Part shown: positions 26,177-39,437 of the stretch, in pieces
Numbering within the stretch: the stretch's first letter is position 1
Layout: each line of letters begins with the position of its first letter
Assembly (NCBI GenBank): GCA_047495785.1
Contig: JBLDXI010000030.1
Coordinates: forward strand, 310,001-374,000
Length of the DNA: 64,000 nucleotides
Source: Lepidodermella squamata
Taxonomy: Eukaryota; Animalia; Gastrotricha
Direction: 5' to 3'
Notes under the pieces: generated by a model
Told to the model about the DNA's origin: nothing
Seen by the model: the letters and a program-made list of their open reading frames with translations, nothing else
The model's database searches: none
Made by a program: the position numbers and the translations under genes

Positions 26177-26806
26177 TTCTACCTTGAAAACGCAAAGATT
26201 CAGTATATTACCCACTAATTATTTTTAATTTACACGCTGCTACACTTATAGCATTCACATTCTTCACACTTAGCAATGAATCCCGTTACACAATACATAA
26301 TTATCTTTCTGAACCAATAAAAGGCTGGTAATTGTGGTGAAATACTGAAAATAAATGACTCACTGGCAGCAGTAACCAATTCAAAGAATCAGCGAATCGT
26401 CAACTGTTTCACTGATGTTTCTAATTTCGCATTTGCCAGATTTTGTCATTTTTCTAATTAGACAAATTCTCAACTCGACTTATCGAGGCTGGTTGAAATG
26501 CAACACGGTGAAAAAATTCGCTACAGCAGATGAATGAAAATATCGCATCATTATTTTGTGGAATTAGGCACTACGTTATCGATTCGTCAAAGTTCGATAT
26601 TTTAATTGGTATTTGAAGTTTAAATTTGAGCCTGCGAACCCTTGTTTCAGGGCTCGTCAAGAAATCCGAGGTACTTCACGGACTAATAACGAGAAACAAA
26701 TTCTTCACCTAATTGGCTTCTTCGCTCGGGAAGCGATTTCACATGAACCTTATTTTGATTTTCCTTATATGTGTTAGTGGCTGTAATTCAAAGCTGTATT
26801 AGTGAT

Positions 26807-29778
26807 ATGGCTTTAAAATTGTCTACTTTAGCTTTTTGTGCTTGGTCGTTAGCCATCCAAGTCAGAGGTGACACTCAATGCGCCACAATGGGAACTTTGG
26901 CTGACGTTACCATGCAGTACTTGGTGAATCACGAAGATGGCTGGAAGGACCTAACCGCATCTTCGCCAGCGAATTACCCGGTTGGGACGGTAATCAAGGC
27001 AGGATGCTCGCAAAAAATAAGTGGCTTGTTTTCGGTGCAGTGTTTGGACAGTGGCTGGTGGTCGCAACAGATAACAAGCTGCAGCAGCATTCGTAATTTC
27101 TTTCCCTTGAAAACACCACCTGCATCAAAATGATTTCTTGTTACTATTAAGAATCAACTCGAGCAAGTTGCAAATGGCCAGCGCCCGTCGATGGGACATC
27201 CATATACGCCATCTCCTCGGATTTCTTAGAAGCCTGGAACATAGCAACTAATTTAAATACAACGGACTTCGCGATATACGATTCTATTAAACAAATCTGC
27301 TTGTCTGGGCTATACCGCATCAGCACTTGCATCAATGGACAATTTCTACCTGACCCTGCCAGCTTCCAATGCGATCAAGTTACGGCAATCATCCCGTCTA
27401 AGCTAGCAGCAAGCTTGCCACTCACTTCGGATACGTTACTGACGGAAATAACTGCATCGGGTATCAATTTCCAGGGTTCAAATGCAGTACCATGGCAAGA
27501 CGAAAGTATTTTCGGGATCAATGGATATCGTGTTGACGGACAGACCCAGCTCAGCCTTGTCAGCAACGCTAAGCAGCTATTATCTGGCGAATTGTGGACC
27601 ATCTCAGTAATCGCTCATGGAGATTACACTGGAGTGCTCACGAGGCTTACTATGTCATCTTACAGCTACGCTATCGCGGTTGATTTAGGCAACGTTTCGG
27701 TAACTTTGAAATCCGGTAGCACTTACAAATTTGAGAAGAATACCTTCGGAAATGTGGGGGGATGGGTTCTCTATATGGTTAGTTTGAATAAAGCAACGCT
27801 AACATTCCATGCTGCTGGCGGTGTGAGCTATGTTTCCAGCACATCACTAGCAAATGGCGATACCGGTTTTATTCCGAGAGAAAATCAGAAAATCTCTATC
27901 GGCGGAAAGTTAGTCGTTCAAATTCTGTCTGCTTTCCTCTAACAAGAATTTTTACAGAGGTTCATTAATTGGAGCTGTTGCATGCCTGATGCTATTCAAT
28001 GCCAGTTATTCTGACCAGAACACGGCCGTCTTGCTCTATCAATACTGCCTTGCAGGTTGCTTTAACTGATAATACTTTAGATGGAATATGACCCTTTCAT
28101 ATCACTTCCGCCCTTCTAGCAATGTCAAAGCCCTCCGCAGCTCCCAACTTCTGCACGACCTGTGGATGGACCTACAACAGAGAATTATCGATTAGCATGG
28201 CAAACATACGTAATTAAGAGAATTCCACAAATCTGAATCCTCCAATTTCAAGTTATAGATAAAGCTACTCTTCGAGGCTCTGCCGTACTTTCTGACAATG
28301 GAATGTCCATTCGCCTTGCTACCTTTGGAACGAAAGGAGTTTTTTGGTCTCGAGAGGTAAAGCTTGCTTAAAGCATCTCTCGCTAAATATTCATTTTATC
28401 CAAGCCGATTTCGCCCAAAGCTGATTGGAGAATGGAGATTTACATGGCGTTTGACGCGAGCAATACGAAAGTTGACATCTTTTTCGCCTCAGCAAGCTGT
28501 GTCAACGTTGCACAGCGCAGGCCAAATGTTGACGATGCGAATGTCGACATCGACAAGTTTTCTGGCATTTATTTCCAGCGACCTGCAACTGGCCCATGCA
28601 ACGTTTACGTCGCTTCGACGCCCGTGGCATTGAGCACAGCTGGGAGGACTGGTTGGTCGCAAGTATCTTGCTTCTCACAGGGCTTGATCCTAGAGAAAAA
28701 TGGTTCGACTCTGTGGGCGTACACTCGAACAAATTCGGAAGCCACTTTGCTTCTCAGTGCTTCAGTCGCTGCCCTGGATAAAATCATAGACAACCTTTAT
28801 TTCGGTATAGCCGCTGCCTATGCGGCTCATATCTCACCTTTCACTACCATGGCCTCCCTGCACCAGGTAAAATTTTACACAACTAATTTGCCCACATCAA
28901 CATCATCCTCAACAACGCCATCAACAACTTCATATTCATCCACGACATCTTCTACGACTACAAAAGTTTCGAGCAAGTCCACAACAACTACAACAGCACT
29001 ATCAAACACCCCATCGTCTTATATTGCAAATAGCTCGAATAGACCCATAACAACTACTACAACTGAGCCATCAACAATCACGTCGTCTGCTACTACGAAA
29101 GGTTCAATCATACCCACGACATCTACAGCAAGGCAAACAACGCCCTCTTCTACCACTTCAAAAGCGTCAATGATAACTTATAATCAATATGTTACTGGGG
29201 GAAAATCGACAGCTGAACCATATTACGAACTGAGCATGAATTTAAAGGTTTATGGGGATGAAATTGTGATACCGAATAGCGGCGTCAACATATCAACGAA
29301 CCCATGGGATCCAAGCCTTGACCAGCCGGGTTCAGCAAATTTCAAGGCCCTGGCTAATTTCATGTTACCTGTAATCTGGGATCTGGCTAATCAAACAGCT
29401 GTGCTCATGAATAGCACACAGGTAGTTTGGGTAAACATCACAGGATTTCGAAAGGGCAGCATTATATCAGACTACATTGTCGCCCTCAGGAGTTTAACAC
29501 AATTTACAGAAAGCGAAATTGCGTTGAGAGTATCTATCGCTGTAACGAAACTGAAGGAAGCTGTGCTCAAAAAGCTGGCTAATGGTCTTGATGCGTCTCG
29601 TCTTGGCGAAGTTTCTGTGGTCAAAGTAAACGGCTCCGTGCCACCACAAATCGTTCCCCCGCGAACCGTAGATTCAACATCTGAATCTAAAGGATCCAAC
29701 GGTTCTGCAATACAAGTAGATAACTGCATCATACTCAGTTTGATATGGGCCTTGGTTGATCACTGTATAATCAAGTGA
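26807..29778 (+). CDS. Full-length array gene B1 (multi-exon)
   Basis: MALKLSTLAFCAWSLAIQVRG signal peptide; intron 27093-27151; same domain order and intron positions; SEA FRKGSII. Confidence 0.82.
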
Positions 29779-31123
29779 CACAAATCGCTAATTAACCATG
29801 CTTTCTCCAAGTTTTCAAGTGAATTCATAATTTTTCTATATACGATCTTTCTTCAACTGACTTTATGAAAACTGCGACTTCAAAACGTTAGTAAACCGCG
29901 AGCGAAATATGAAAATGGTTAACAGTTATGAAATACGAGCTAATTGGAACAAGGCTGATGGCTGATAACCTTAAAAACGAATGATTCAAATTCATCACCG
30001 GTTGCTACGGTGGCTCTTGGTCAAGTCTAGACTAGGATTGGGATATGAATTCATAAACAAATCTCCTATGAAGTTTTTATGTAGCTGGGGAAGTAGTACA
30101 GGGTGTTTCATAAAAAACCGAACTCCTATAAAAATATGCTGCTGCTGCGCGTTATCGATTTTTTTCGCGAGCGCGTTTTTTTCCAAAAATGCACCAAAAC
30201 CGCACGGTCACCGCAAATTTTACGGGTTTCTCCGAGAGAAAGCCATGCGGTAGCAGCAACAAAAATAGCGGTGTTTCAGGCACATTTTCTGTTACAGTGT
30301 GAGTTTTACACGGTGAAATCAAAATTCCTCCGGTGAATTCGCACATTTTATTACGATCTACATTTTCATATGAGGCTTATTCGAAAATTCGTTAGTGACA
30401 AGTTGTTTGGAGCTACTCTGTTACCAAAAATTCCATTTTTGCTTCAAAATCAATTCCAATATACGGATAAGCGTTCATTAATGTATAATTTCCTAGAAAT
30501 TCGACATGAAATAGGGTTTACTCAGTACTTGGAAACATAATCTCTTGTTGAGAACGACAGCATTTTTGCCTGAAATTCCATCTCTTAATGCCAAGGGTGT
30601 TTGTTATCCAATGAATAACATTGATAACAGTCAGTGTATTTTTGGGCATGTCTAATTCCGCGGGGCTCGGGCTCCGGCATGATACCCGAGACCCGAGCGA
30701 AAAGAGCGACGGTCGTCCGCACGGTTGTCGAGGTCCACATTATGGCCAGATTCAGAGGTTCCTCACTAGGACAGCCCAAGTACGGCGACAACCCAACGTT
30801 TTCCACCGAGCTCGGGCCGACACCTCGACCCGCACGTGTGCAGTCAAGCGAGATTTGGTAAAATTCGTTGAATGTACCGTGTTTCATACAGGCACGTTCT
30901 AGGGAAGCGCGAGCGCGGAATGGCAAAGCGCCGTTGTCCGACCGCAAACGGGCCGGCCAAAACGCATACTGGCCGAAATCGGGCTTGGGATAGGGCCCCT
31001 ACACCAAACAGCGGTAAGAGCTTTTCCATCAGCGAAAAATTGAAGTTTTTATTTCCAATCCATTACCCTGGACGGATAAGCGGTCATTCATGTATTCATA
31101 CTGGAAGTGGAGATGAAAATATT

Positions 31124-31264
31124 GTTAGCGTCGTTGAATAACTCGGATTTGAGCTTGTTTACATCCCTTTCAAGGTGACGGGTAGCGCGGGTGACAAGCA
31201 AAAAGCAGCGTTTTTCAATGTGAATGAAGAAGCAATATAGGACGCGATATTCGACGACGCTAAA
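31124..31264. mobile_element. Small TIR element (GTTAGCGTCGTTGAATA family), copy 1
   Basis: Imperfect TIRs; second copy at 34593. Confidence 0.55.
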
Positions 31265-33790
31265 AATATGACTTGCTCGATTCCTGGAAACATAAAATCA
31301 GTTCCCAGCGGAAAAAATTTTCGCAGCGCCGGACTCTCCATATTTTGATTGCTGCAACTAGACATGCATGCCATAAGCTCTAACGGTGTCGAGAAAATAC
31401 CGAAATAGGCACACCTCTTGAGGTGCCCAGTGCATACATCTCCCTGAAGAAGTCGCGGCCTAGTAGTAAATGGAGTCGTTGAACGTTAAAGCAAGGGCTA
31501 TGCAGAGATGCTGCGCGACTCGATTATAGATACGACGCAGCGTTGTCGTACTTCTCTGGCGTGTTCACCTAAAGGTTAATAGTTAAAAGACCAAGAATCA
31601 TGACCCGTTGCATGTTTAGACAGGATTCTGAATCATGCATCCCCAGATCGAAACGAGGGAAGTCTTTTTCGAAAAAAGGGATTAGCAGAAGTATCAACCA
31701 CCGATGTAGCGCCAAAAAAAGCCGATCAAAGACCAAACACGTGATGAGGCATGAGAAATTTATTTAAAGCACATTGGTCAAATTTTTTGTCGGTTTTTAC
31801 GCGCACTGTGAGAATTGGAGGCCGCGCACATCTTATGGATGATAAGCAATAGGCGAATGCACTAAGGCAATTGAATTCATTGAGAAAATGAGGAAAGGGC
31901 ATTTTCTTTAATAAGCGCAATAGCAGCACATCGCGTTGTCGTCGGTCAGTCCTGACAAATTTTTCGGTCGATCACTCGTGTCTCAGCGGCGAATTATGAC
32001 GCCGCAAACGCCCAGTGCACGGCGATACATACATTGCTCTCTTTGCGATATAGTCTTCTTGGCAGATATCCGTATTCACTATATGAGATGAAATTGTTCG
32101 CAGATTTTTCCAATTTTGTGCTGACAGTTTTTTGTTTGAGCGTAGGGTTTTCTAAAAGTAGCGCCATCCCCAGGTGATATGTGGATTTACCACAGGTAAC
32201 CAACGTAGAACCCATTGACACGGCGTCCATGCGTGACATCCGTCGTTCTGAGCGAATTCTGGATATTGATTCATGGAAGATAGTCAGCCGAGCTATGCTG
32301 ATTTGTCTCAACTCTATCATAGCCTTTACCAAGCTTTGCAGCGTATGGACAGTAGCGGCATCATGTTCTTCTCCCCTTCCGGTTTCCCGCTAAAGTGTGT
32401 GCCGCGTCTTTTGAGAGAGATATCCTGGTGTCGATCCCCCGATATCGTTCGTGTTGCGACGTAAGAGACCGCGTTAGGCAGTACCTCCATGCTGTTTGTA
32501 ATAAAATACTTGGTACTGGTATAAGCTACTTTTTATTTGCCGGTAATAGCATCATTATTTCGGCGCATCCGATACCGAACGGTTGCAACGCCTACCAGAA
32601 TGCGAACTACGCACAAACGCTTCAGAACATTTCTCCGTTATCATGGCTAAATTCTAAAGATCAACCAAATTTATCCGCCTCTTCTTGATTTCACCTTCGT
32701 TTCCTTTGAGCGTAGTCTAGGATAATTATCTATCAATTTTATAATTATAATAATATAATTTTTATTTTTCAATTCCATCAATTCTATCAATATCCATAGG
32801 GTTAACTCATACGGTAACGTCTCTGCCTCTGTCTCTCTCGCTCTCTCTGCATAGTCTTGTTGAACCATGACTATCACCACTTATTGTTCAAACATGACCA
32901 GAGTCTGCTTTCGAATGGGCACAATTTTTAGTTTCCAATTCCCGGAGCATAATTTTATGCGACCCATGCAGCTATCATCACGAAAAGTGCATATTACGGA
33001 ATTATGGACTATGACTATGGCCAATTTTTATACTGTGCCAAGAAAATTCCAAGAGAGAACTTATTACGCTACATATTAGTTATCAACAATTTTGTGGTTA
33101 TCCTTCTCCATTATCTCGCAGCTCGGAGGCATTTCGATATCCTACTTAAATTGTATTGCATGAAAAAGCGATCAAGTATTTTTCTAATCGCATTTCATGT
33201 TTTATCAAATATGAGCCGTTGAGCTGTTGCGACAAACTGAACTACAACCTTGCGCGAAGCTCGCGGAATCGCTAAAGTAGATTCGCAGCCACATGAGGTC
33301 AATAGTGGAATAACCCAAAGTTTACAAAGTTGGTAGCATTCGAGAATTGCTAGGATTACTTTTTTCCTTGCATCCTAAGAAAGATGCGGATTGTCTTGGT
33401 AATGTGATCTGTGATCTGGTTAGCGATTTAGCGATGATTGATGATTAGCAATTAGCAACGAAACCGCCGTATTCGAGGAATGCTTGACATGCAACTCGCT
33501 TGGCATGATTCGTATACGACAAAAAGTGACCCACCATTTAAGTTTAGGTTTCACGTTTTTTGCGCGGACTTCTTAATGAAATAGTACGTCACATTTAGTC
33601 TGATGGTGTTGAACCGATTGCAAAATGCCACGGACTAATAGTTATCAAAGAAAGCAATCATGCGCAGAAGTATAATTTACAATGCGCATCCACTTGATCA
33701 TTTTAGCTGTAATCTTGACTATAATTAGGTCAATCAGGAATCCCTACGGCACTTCAATCTTATGGCGAAAATGCAGAAAAACTTTCAGGG

Positions 33791-34284
33791 CAGTGTGGTT
33801 CAAAGTGTGACTCCCAGTCATTTTGACTCTTTTGAGATTTTTTACTCATGTGTGACTCCGATTTAATTATATACTAAGCCGAGCTTGACTCAGAAAAGAG
33901 TCACAAATATTAACCTAGCTAAGCTTGACTCCGGCTCTCAGTTTGACTCCAAAATGAGATGCTTTAACTCCACACTCATCCAAAATGTCCAAAAAGTCGA
34001 AGAAATATCGTCAGCTGACGCTCGCTTCGCTCGCAGATAGCTATTTTTCTACAAGTTACAAAGGCGCAAAAATGACGAATTTTGTTAAAAACCAGTCGAA
34101 CCCCGCAAAAAGTTGCAGCGACAGGTGAATATAGAGAGCAATATTCGCGCTAGAACGGGAATTGGAGTGATATTTAGACGTAAAATTTATCCGTGTTTAT
34201 CGGCGTTTTAATGGTTTTGACTCTTTTTGGCCCAATTTTGACTCCGGTTTGTGACTCGCCAGTTTCCGGCCGTGGACCACACTG
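33791..34284. mobile_element. hAT-like MITE with GACTC subterminal repeats
   Basis: TIR CAGTGTGGT(T/C)CA; perfect 8-bp TSD TTTCAGGG. Confidence 0.82.
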
Positions 34285-34592
34285 TTTCAGGGTTTCAGAT
34301 GAATTGAAGGCAAATAAGTGGCGCGTACTTCATGATGAGAACGCCTTGGGGGTAGATTTCTGAAGCAATGGAGCAATTCGTTCTCCTTGTCAAGGCTAAA
34401 TCGTAAATCAAAGCGCAGCTTTTTAGAGACAAATCCTATCTGCTCTAGGTATTGAAATTCAACACTTAATTGGTATCCAATAGATATAGACATTCTTTGT
34501 TTTTAAATGGAAGAAAAAAGCTAAACCAAAACTGTCAAAGCAAAATGAACCGCTATCGCCTACTATCACTGCGCCGTAGTCGTACCGTAGTC

Positions 34593-34760
34593 GTTAGCGT
34601 CGTTGAATACAACTCAGATTTGGGCTTGTTCACGTCAGTTACAGACAGTTGACGGGTTACAAGTTTGCTTCCCTCTTCGTTCACATAAAAACTCTGCTAT
34701 CACCTTTTACTTGTCACTGACGTAAACTTGCCCAAATCAGAGTTATTAAACGACGCTAAC
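34593..34760. mobile_element. Small TIR element (GTTAGCGTCGTT family), copy 2
   Basis: About 45-bp imperfect TIRs. Confidence 0.65.
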
Positions 34761-36579
34761 GCTCCCATATTTGTGGCTTATCAATTTAGTTATCGTTAGT
34801 TATAGTTAATTAGTTAACCAATGGAGTACCACCGTCATCGATTCTTGAAAAGTGTTAGTTCATTTCGGTTTTAAGTGATACATTTTCAGAAAACTCTAAA
34901 GACCTCTTGTTTCCTAATTCAAAGATTTATCCGCCGAAATTTCCAGGGGCGAGATCTACTTTCAATAACATTGCATGTGCATGAATATCATTCTATAATT
35001 TTTCGTAGAAATCAGAGGACCTTTAAATTTAGAATGGCTCGTTTCTAAAATACGTAATAGGAATTCAGTAACATCTGATTGCACTTTCTCTCGCAGCTAT
35101 TAAAGTAGCAAAGTACATCCTATTAGCTGCTGTATTAAATTATAAATTCTGCATTGTTGATAGGGTTATTATACCTCAACTTTTACTCGAATTCGGCACT
35201 CAAGTTATAGCTGATCGGATAAAGATTGGATATTGGATATTGATTGGGAATCGGAAAAGGAAAATTCCGGCATAAGGTCGCTACTAAACTATTGCGGAGT
35301 GCTGGCTCTTTCGATATATTCAACCTGTTATCGCCATTTCTGTTAAACAAAGTGTGATGAATTATTCTCTTAGTTTCATTTCCTTGGTTCGTTTTCAATT
35401 ATTTCGCTGCATTGAAAATAAAGATTTATGGCACCGAGTCACGGATAGTAATAGTTTTTCATTGGTCACGGCAGCTCGTTTTTCCACCTGTAAAATCTGC
35501 AATCAAAGAATTCCAGAAGAACGCGAGAAAACTTAGATTAATTATAGGCGAAAAAGCTGAGTTTCTCTTATCTCTTCAAGAGTCCAAGAACGCACTATAG
35601 CAATCGCAGCTAATGGCAATTTTATAGCCATTGAACCAAAGATAGTAATTTGGGATGCAACCGCTCCGCAGTTGTAAACAACCGCCATATAGCGGTATAA
35701 TGATATATAGAAATATGCGCTAGTACTGGCGGTCCCTTACGTCGCAACACGAACGATATTTGATCACCCCGACTGGGTGAGGCAGTTTAAAACACGAGAT
35801 ATGGATGCATAGCCGCAATCGCACGTTCAAGTTAGCTATTGTGCGCGAGATGAATAAGATCTCAGTCGAGAGCCAATAGAGAGTGACGCGGGTGTGGACT
35901 GAGATTTTAAGTTATTTAAAAAGAGAAAATCAAAGACTATCAATATCCCGCTGTTAGTCTTATTTATTTCCTATTCGAACATCTCACCGTCGTTTTACCG
36001 TTGATCCACTTTCAGTTTGCCTCAAAAGTCCTCTAAACCAAAGAAACCACATACTCAGAGATTAAACGCTACGAGGGAAAAGCAGGTAACGTTATTTTTC
36101 CACGGTGAAACTTATTCAATTTCCTATTGGAAGATTCGCTCAAATTTTCAGAACTTTTCACCGTCGTTTCACCGTTGATCTAGCCGCAGTTTATCTTAAA
36201 ACTGCTAGATATATAGGAAATCGCACACTTGAACCCGCTTCACAGCCAAACGGATGAATGCGCGGCAATAATTTTGACAGCAATGTTAGCCTTTATCATC
36301 GAGGATAATTTAGGTTAAATTTCACAGAAATTGACCGCAGATTAACCGTGAATTTACCGTGAACACACCGTAAAATGCCACGTTTTCACCGTAAAAATGC
36401 CGCATTCCTGCCGGTTTTTTCTCCCGGCGACACAGCAAAAAATAACATGGCGAAGGAAAAATCGATAACGTCAGTGCTTTTTCTATATTATATTATATAA
36501 ATATCTGCGTATCGACTTTCGAATTCTAAGACATTTTATTTGTTCAAAAACCGGACTTTGAACCGTTCACGTGCCTACC

Positions 36580-38295
36580 ATGGAAACGGCACGTGGTGCG
36601 TCCGACGAGGATGACGCACGCGAGCTTCTCAAAATAGAGGTTCACACCGACGAGTTCAAATGCGACCAATGCACAAAATCCTTCAGCAGCAGCAGAGGGC
36701 TGAAAATGCACATCCTTCGTGGCCACACAGCGACTAACGACAACACTGCTAGTTAACAGGAGCCTGTGAAATGCGAAGATTGTGGTAAACCATTTAAAAA
36801 CCAACATGGTTTAGCTATCCATCGAAGCTCTGCGCACCCTGATCGAAGTCGTGCGGCCGTCGTGTCCAAGTATGAAAATCGGTCAAGCAACAAAGTGCCG
36901 AAGCCCTCGAATCCGGAAGAAAACGAAACCATCTGGCCAGCAACCGTAATTAATGCCTCGAAATCAGTCGCGATCATTGTCGAAGACGGAGAGCTTTCCG
37001 AAGAGCCTCTAGTAGTTGACGACAAGACGACGATCCCAGCCCTACGACACGGAGAGCTCATCAAGTACCTGGGCTGCTCCTTTAGCGACGAACTCGATTT
37101 CGACGCCCCCGGTACCATCAAAAAGTTGGAGCAAAACCTAAGCCAGCTTGCCGAATCGCCGCTCCTACGGCCGGACCAGAAACTCAACATCATCAATCAC
37201 TATGTCTGGCCAACTCTGGTCTTTCCGCTCCAGAACGCTCCCCTCAACAAGCTACCAGCCTCGTTCTTGAACGACGTCGACGGCCTCGTGCGCAACGCTG
37301 TCAAGCAAACACTGGAGCTGCCGAGAGACACACCCAACGCGTACCTGTACGCGAGCCGCAGCTGGCGTGGTCTTGGGCTAATGAAGGCAAGTTGGGAATG
37401 TTTTATACAACATTTCTGCATCTCAATGAAACTTGCCAGGCTCAACCACCCTCACCTCAGTATCTGCAAAGATTTCGAGGCAGAAATGAAGAGCTGCCTA
37501 GCATCACTCGCCATCGACGAGCAATCGGTCGACTTCGAAAGGAAACAAGTGGGACAACAACTGCGCGCGATCCTGCGAGAAAGATCGTTCAACGAATGGG
37601 CTGAAAGCCATAAGGGCCGGGGTGCCCACCTGTACCGAGAAATGCCAGCCTGCAATAAGTGGATCAGTAACAAGTCCGGTCTCTCAGTCAACGAATGGAC
37701 TACGGCGATCAAAATGACGACGGACACCTGTGCGGTTCGTGCACTGCCTGGAAGAAGCCTTGATGGACCCCGCTGCCGCCACTGCGACTGCGAGTATGAA
37801 TCCCTCTCACATGTCCTTGGTTTCTGCCCTCGCGGTGCTCTGCTTCGCAACGCCCGCCATCATAGAGTGCGAACTATGATCGCAGACTCCTTGCGCAAGA
37901 ACAAGACCCTCGAAGTCTACGAAGAAGTTTCCTGCCTCGCAGAAAATGACGGCCTCAAAAGGGTCGACATTATCGCCTTCAATAAAAACACGAGAGAAGG
38001 GTGGATCTTGGACCCTACCATCCGCTTCGAAAAAAGCCCAGATCAAGCCCTGGAAGTCGACAAAGAAAAACGGGCACACTACGAGCCTTGCGCAGAATAC
38101 TTCAAGGAAAGATACAATCTAACTTCCCTCGAAGTAATCGGTCTCTTCGTTGGAGCCCGTGGTACCATCACCAAGTTCTTCCGCGACTTCGCAAAACGTC
38201 TCGAACTACCGCAGTCACTCATGTGCGACATCGTCATTTCAACGATAAAAGACTCATGCAAAATCATAAATAATCATTTGTACAGAAAGAATTAA
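36580..38295 (+). mobile_element. RLE-type (R2/NeSL-superfamily) retrotransposon ORF lacking the RT core: 2x C2H2, thumb, CCHC knuckle, restriction-like endonuclease
   Basis: CDQC..H..H, in-frame TAA 36754, CEDC..H..H, then directly INASKS...KYLG, RGLGL, CRHC-x7-H-x4-C, RHH, RVDII...ILDPT...K..HY; no QG or YxDD motifs. Confidence 0.82.
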
Positions 38296-38732
38296 ATGTA
38301 AATACCCGTGTCTATAGGCAAACTGTTACTTAGTATCAGTCGGATCATTGTTTTAACAATAAACTACTGCATGCTAATACAAGGCTCATCTCGTACGGTT
38401 TTTTATGAAACACCCTGTATGGCTTGTGTAGTTCGATGCATATCATTGTGTAAAAAATTATTTTTAGGACATCTGTTGATTTTCTCATCGATTTGAAGCT
38501 CGACATGTAATTGGTAGTTTTCTGGAATCGCTGGAATTTCAATCTGTTGAAGTGTGAGAACCCTTGTTCCGTCAACAAATCCGTAGTTTTCAAGTACTGT
38601 TAACGAGAATCAAATTCCGCTTCCAGTTTAATTTTCTCACACGGTAGTCCCTGCAATCAGGAAGTGTTAGGCAGGTGAATGAGCTCGGCAATTGAGCGTT
38701 TCTAAATCCTGTGCTGAGGTGATACTAATTTC

Positions 38733-38930
38733 CGGTGGTCATTAAATTTTGGTTTGATCTTTAAATTCGGTGTATTTGCAAATTAGCCGAAATTAAAACT
38801 ACCGATTATCAATTCTAATTAAATAAATAAATGTTCCCTCTGAGGCCAAACTAAAACCTAAATCAAATTCACCGAAATTAAATGTGCAGGGCCAAAAATC
38901 ATCTCCAAAACCGAAAATTAATGACCACTG
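38733..38930. mobile_element. Degenerate hAT-like MITE
   Basis: Imperfect TIR C(A/G)GTGGTCATTAA..TTTT; TSD only partly matching. Confidence 0.5.
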
Positions 38931-39437
38931 ATAATTAGTAGATACATATTATATGAGTATACGAAACTCAGACAAAAAATTCTGAAAACGCTGCGCAGAG
39001 ATATCATCTGCCGAACTCCGAATAAGCCTCGAACCTGTTTTGAAATTTTTCAGAGATCTTCCAGAGATCCAACTAAATGAAATCCAATGAAATCTCAAGT
39101 TTCAGTCGGTCAGTAATTTTTAGCTGAATGCTGAATTCAAGTCAAACATTAGCTGAAAGTCGAAAAATAAAAAATGAAATGTCTGTGCAAAACAGAAATA
39201 GAAATTTTCGATTCGATTATCTCCCAATATGGGATTGTCCGTGAGAAATGTAAAAATCTAGGAGCTAATTGGAAACAGTAGAAACTTCGAGAGAACTGGC
39301 AAATCCCTCGATAGTAAATAATCACGGTGCCTCAATAGTTAACAATTATAATGTACTACCACCTTTGTTTGCTCGTTTGCTCTAACTCTGCGCCCTAAGC
39401 GATAGAAACGTCGATTCTTATTAGAGCGAAATAAATC

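Larger units (their letters stand above)
32441..35760. mobile_element. Nested non-autonomous TIR element (possibly Mutator-like)
   Basis: 32-bp inverted repeats GATATCGTTCGTGTTGCGACGTAAG(A/G)GACCGC; degenerate 9-bp flanks CGATCCCCC/TGATCACCC. Confidence 0.6.
30099..38417. mobile_element. 8.3-kb Tc1/mariner-type TIR element (no transposase seen), composite
   Basis: 22-bp TIR CAGGGTGTTTCATAAAAAACCG at both ends, TA at 30097-98 and 38418-19. Confidence 0.8.

Noticed and set aside
30350-36400. Transposase for the mariner-type element
   Set aside because: No DD(34-37)D/E or HTH motifs recognisable in the ORF track
1756-36756. TAA reassignment or readthrough (in-frame TAA at 1756, 4572, 36754)
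   Set aside because: TAA terminates many genes here at homologous ends; point mutations are sufficient
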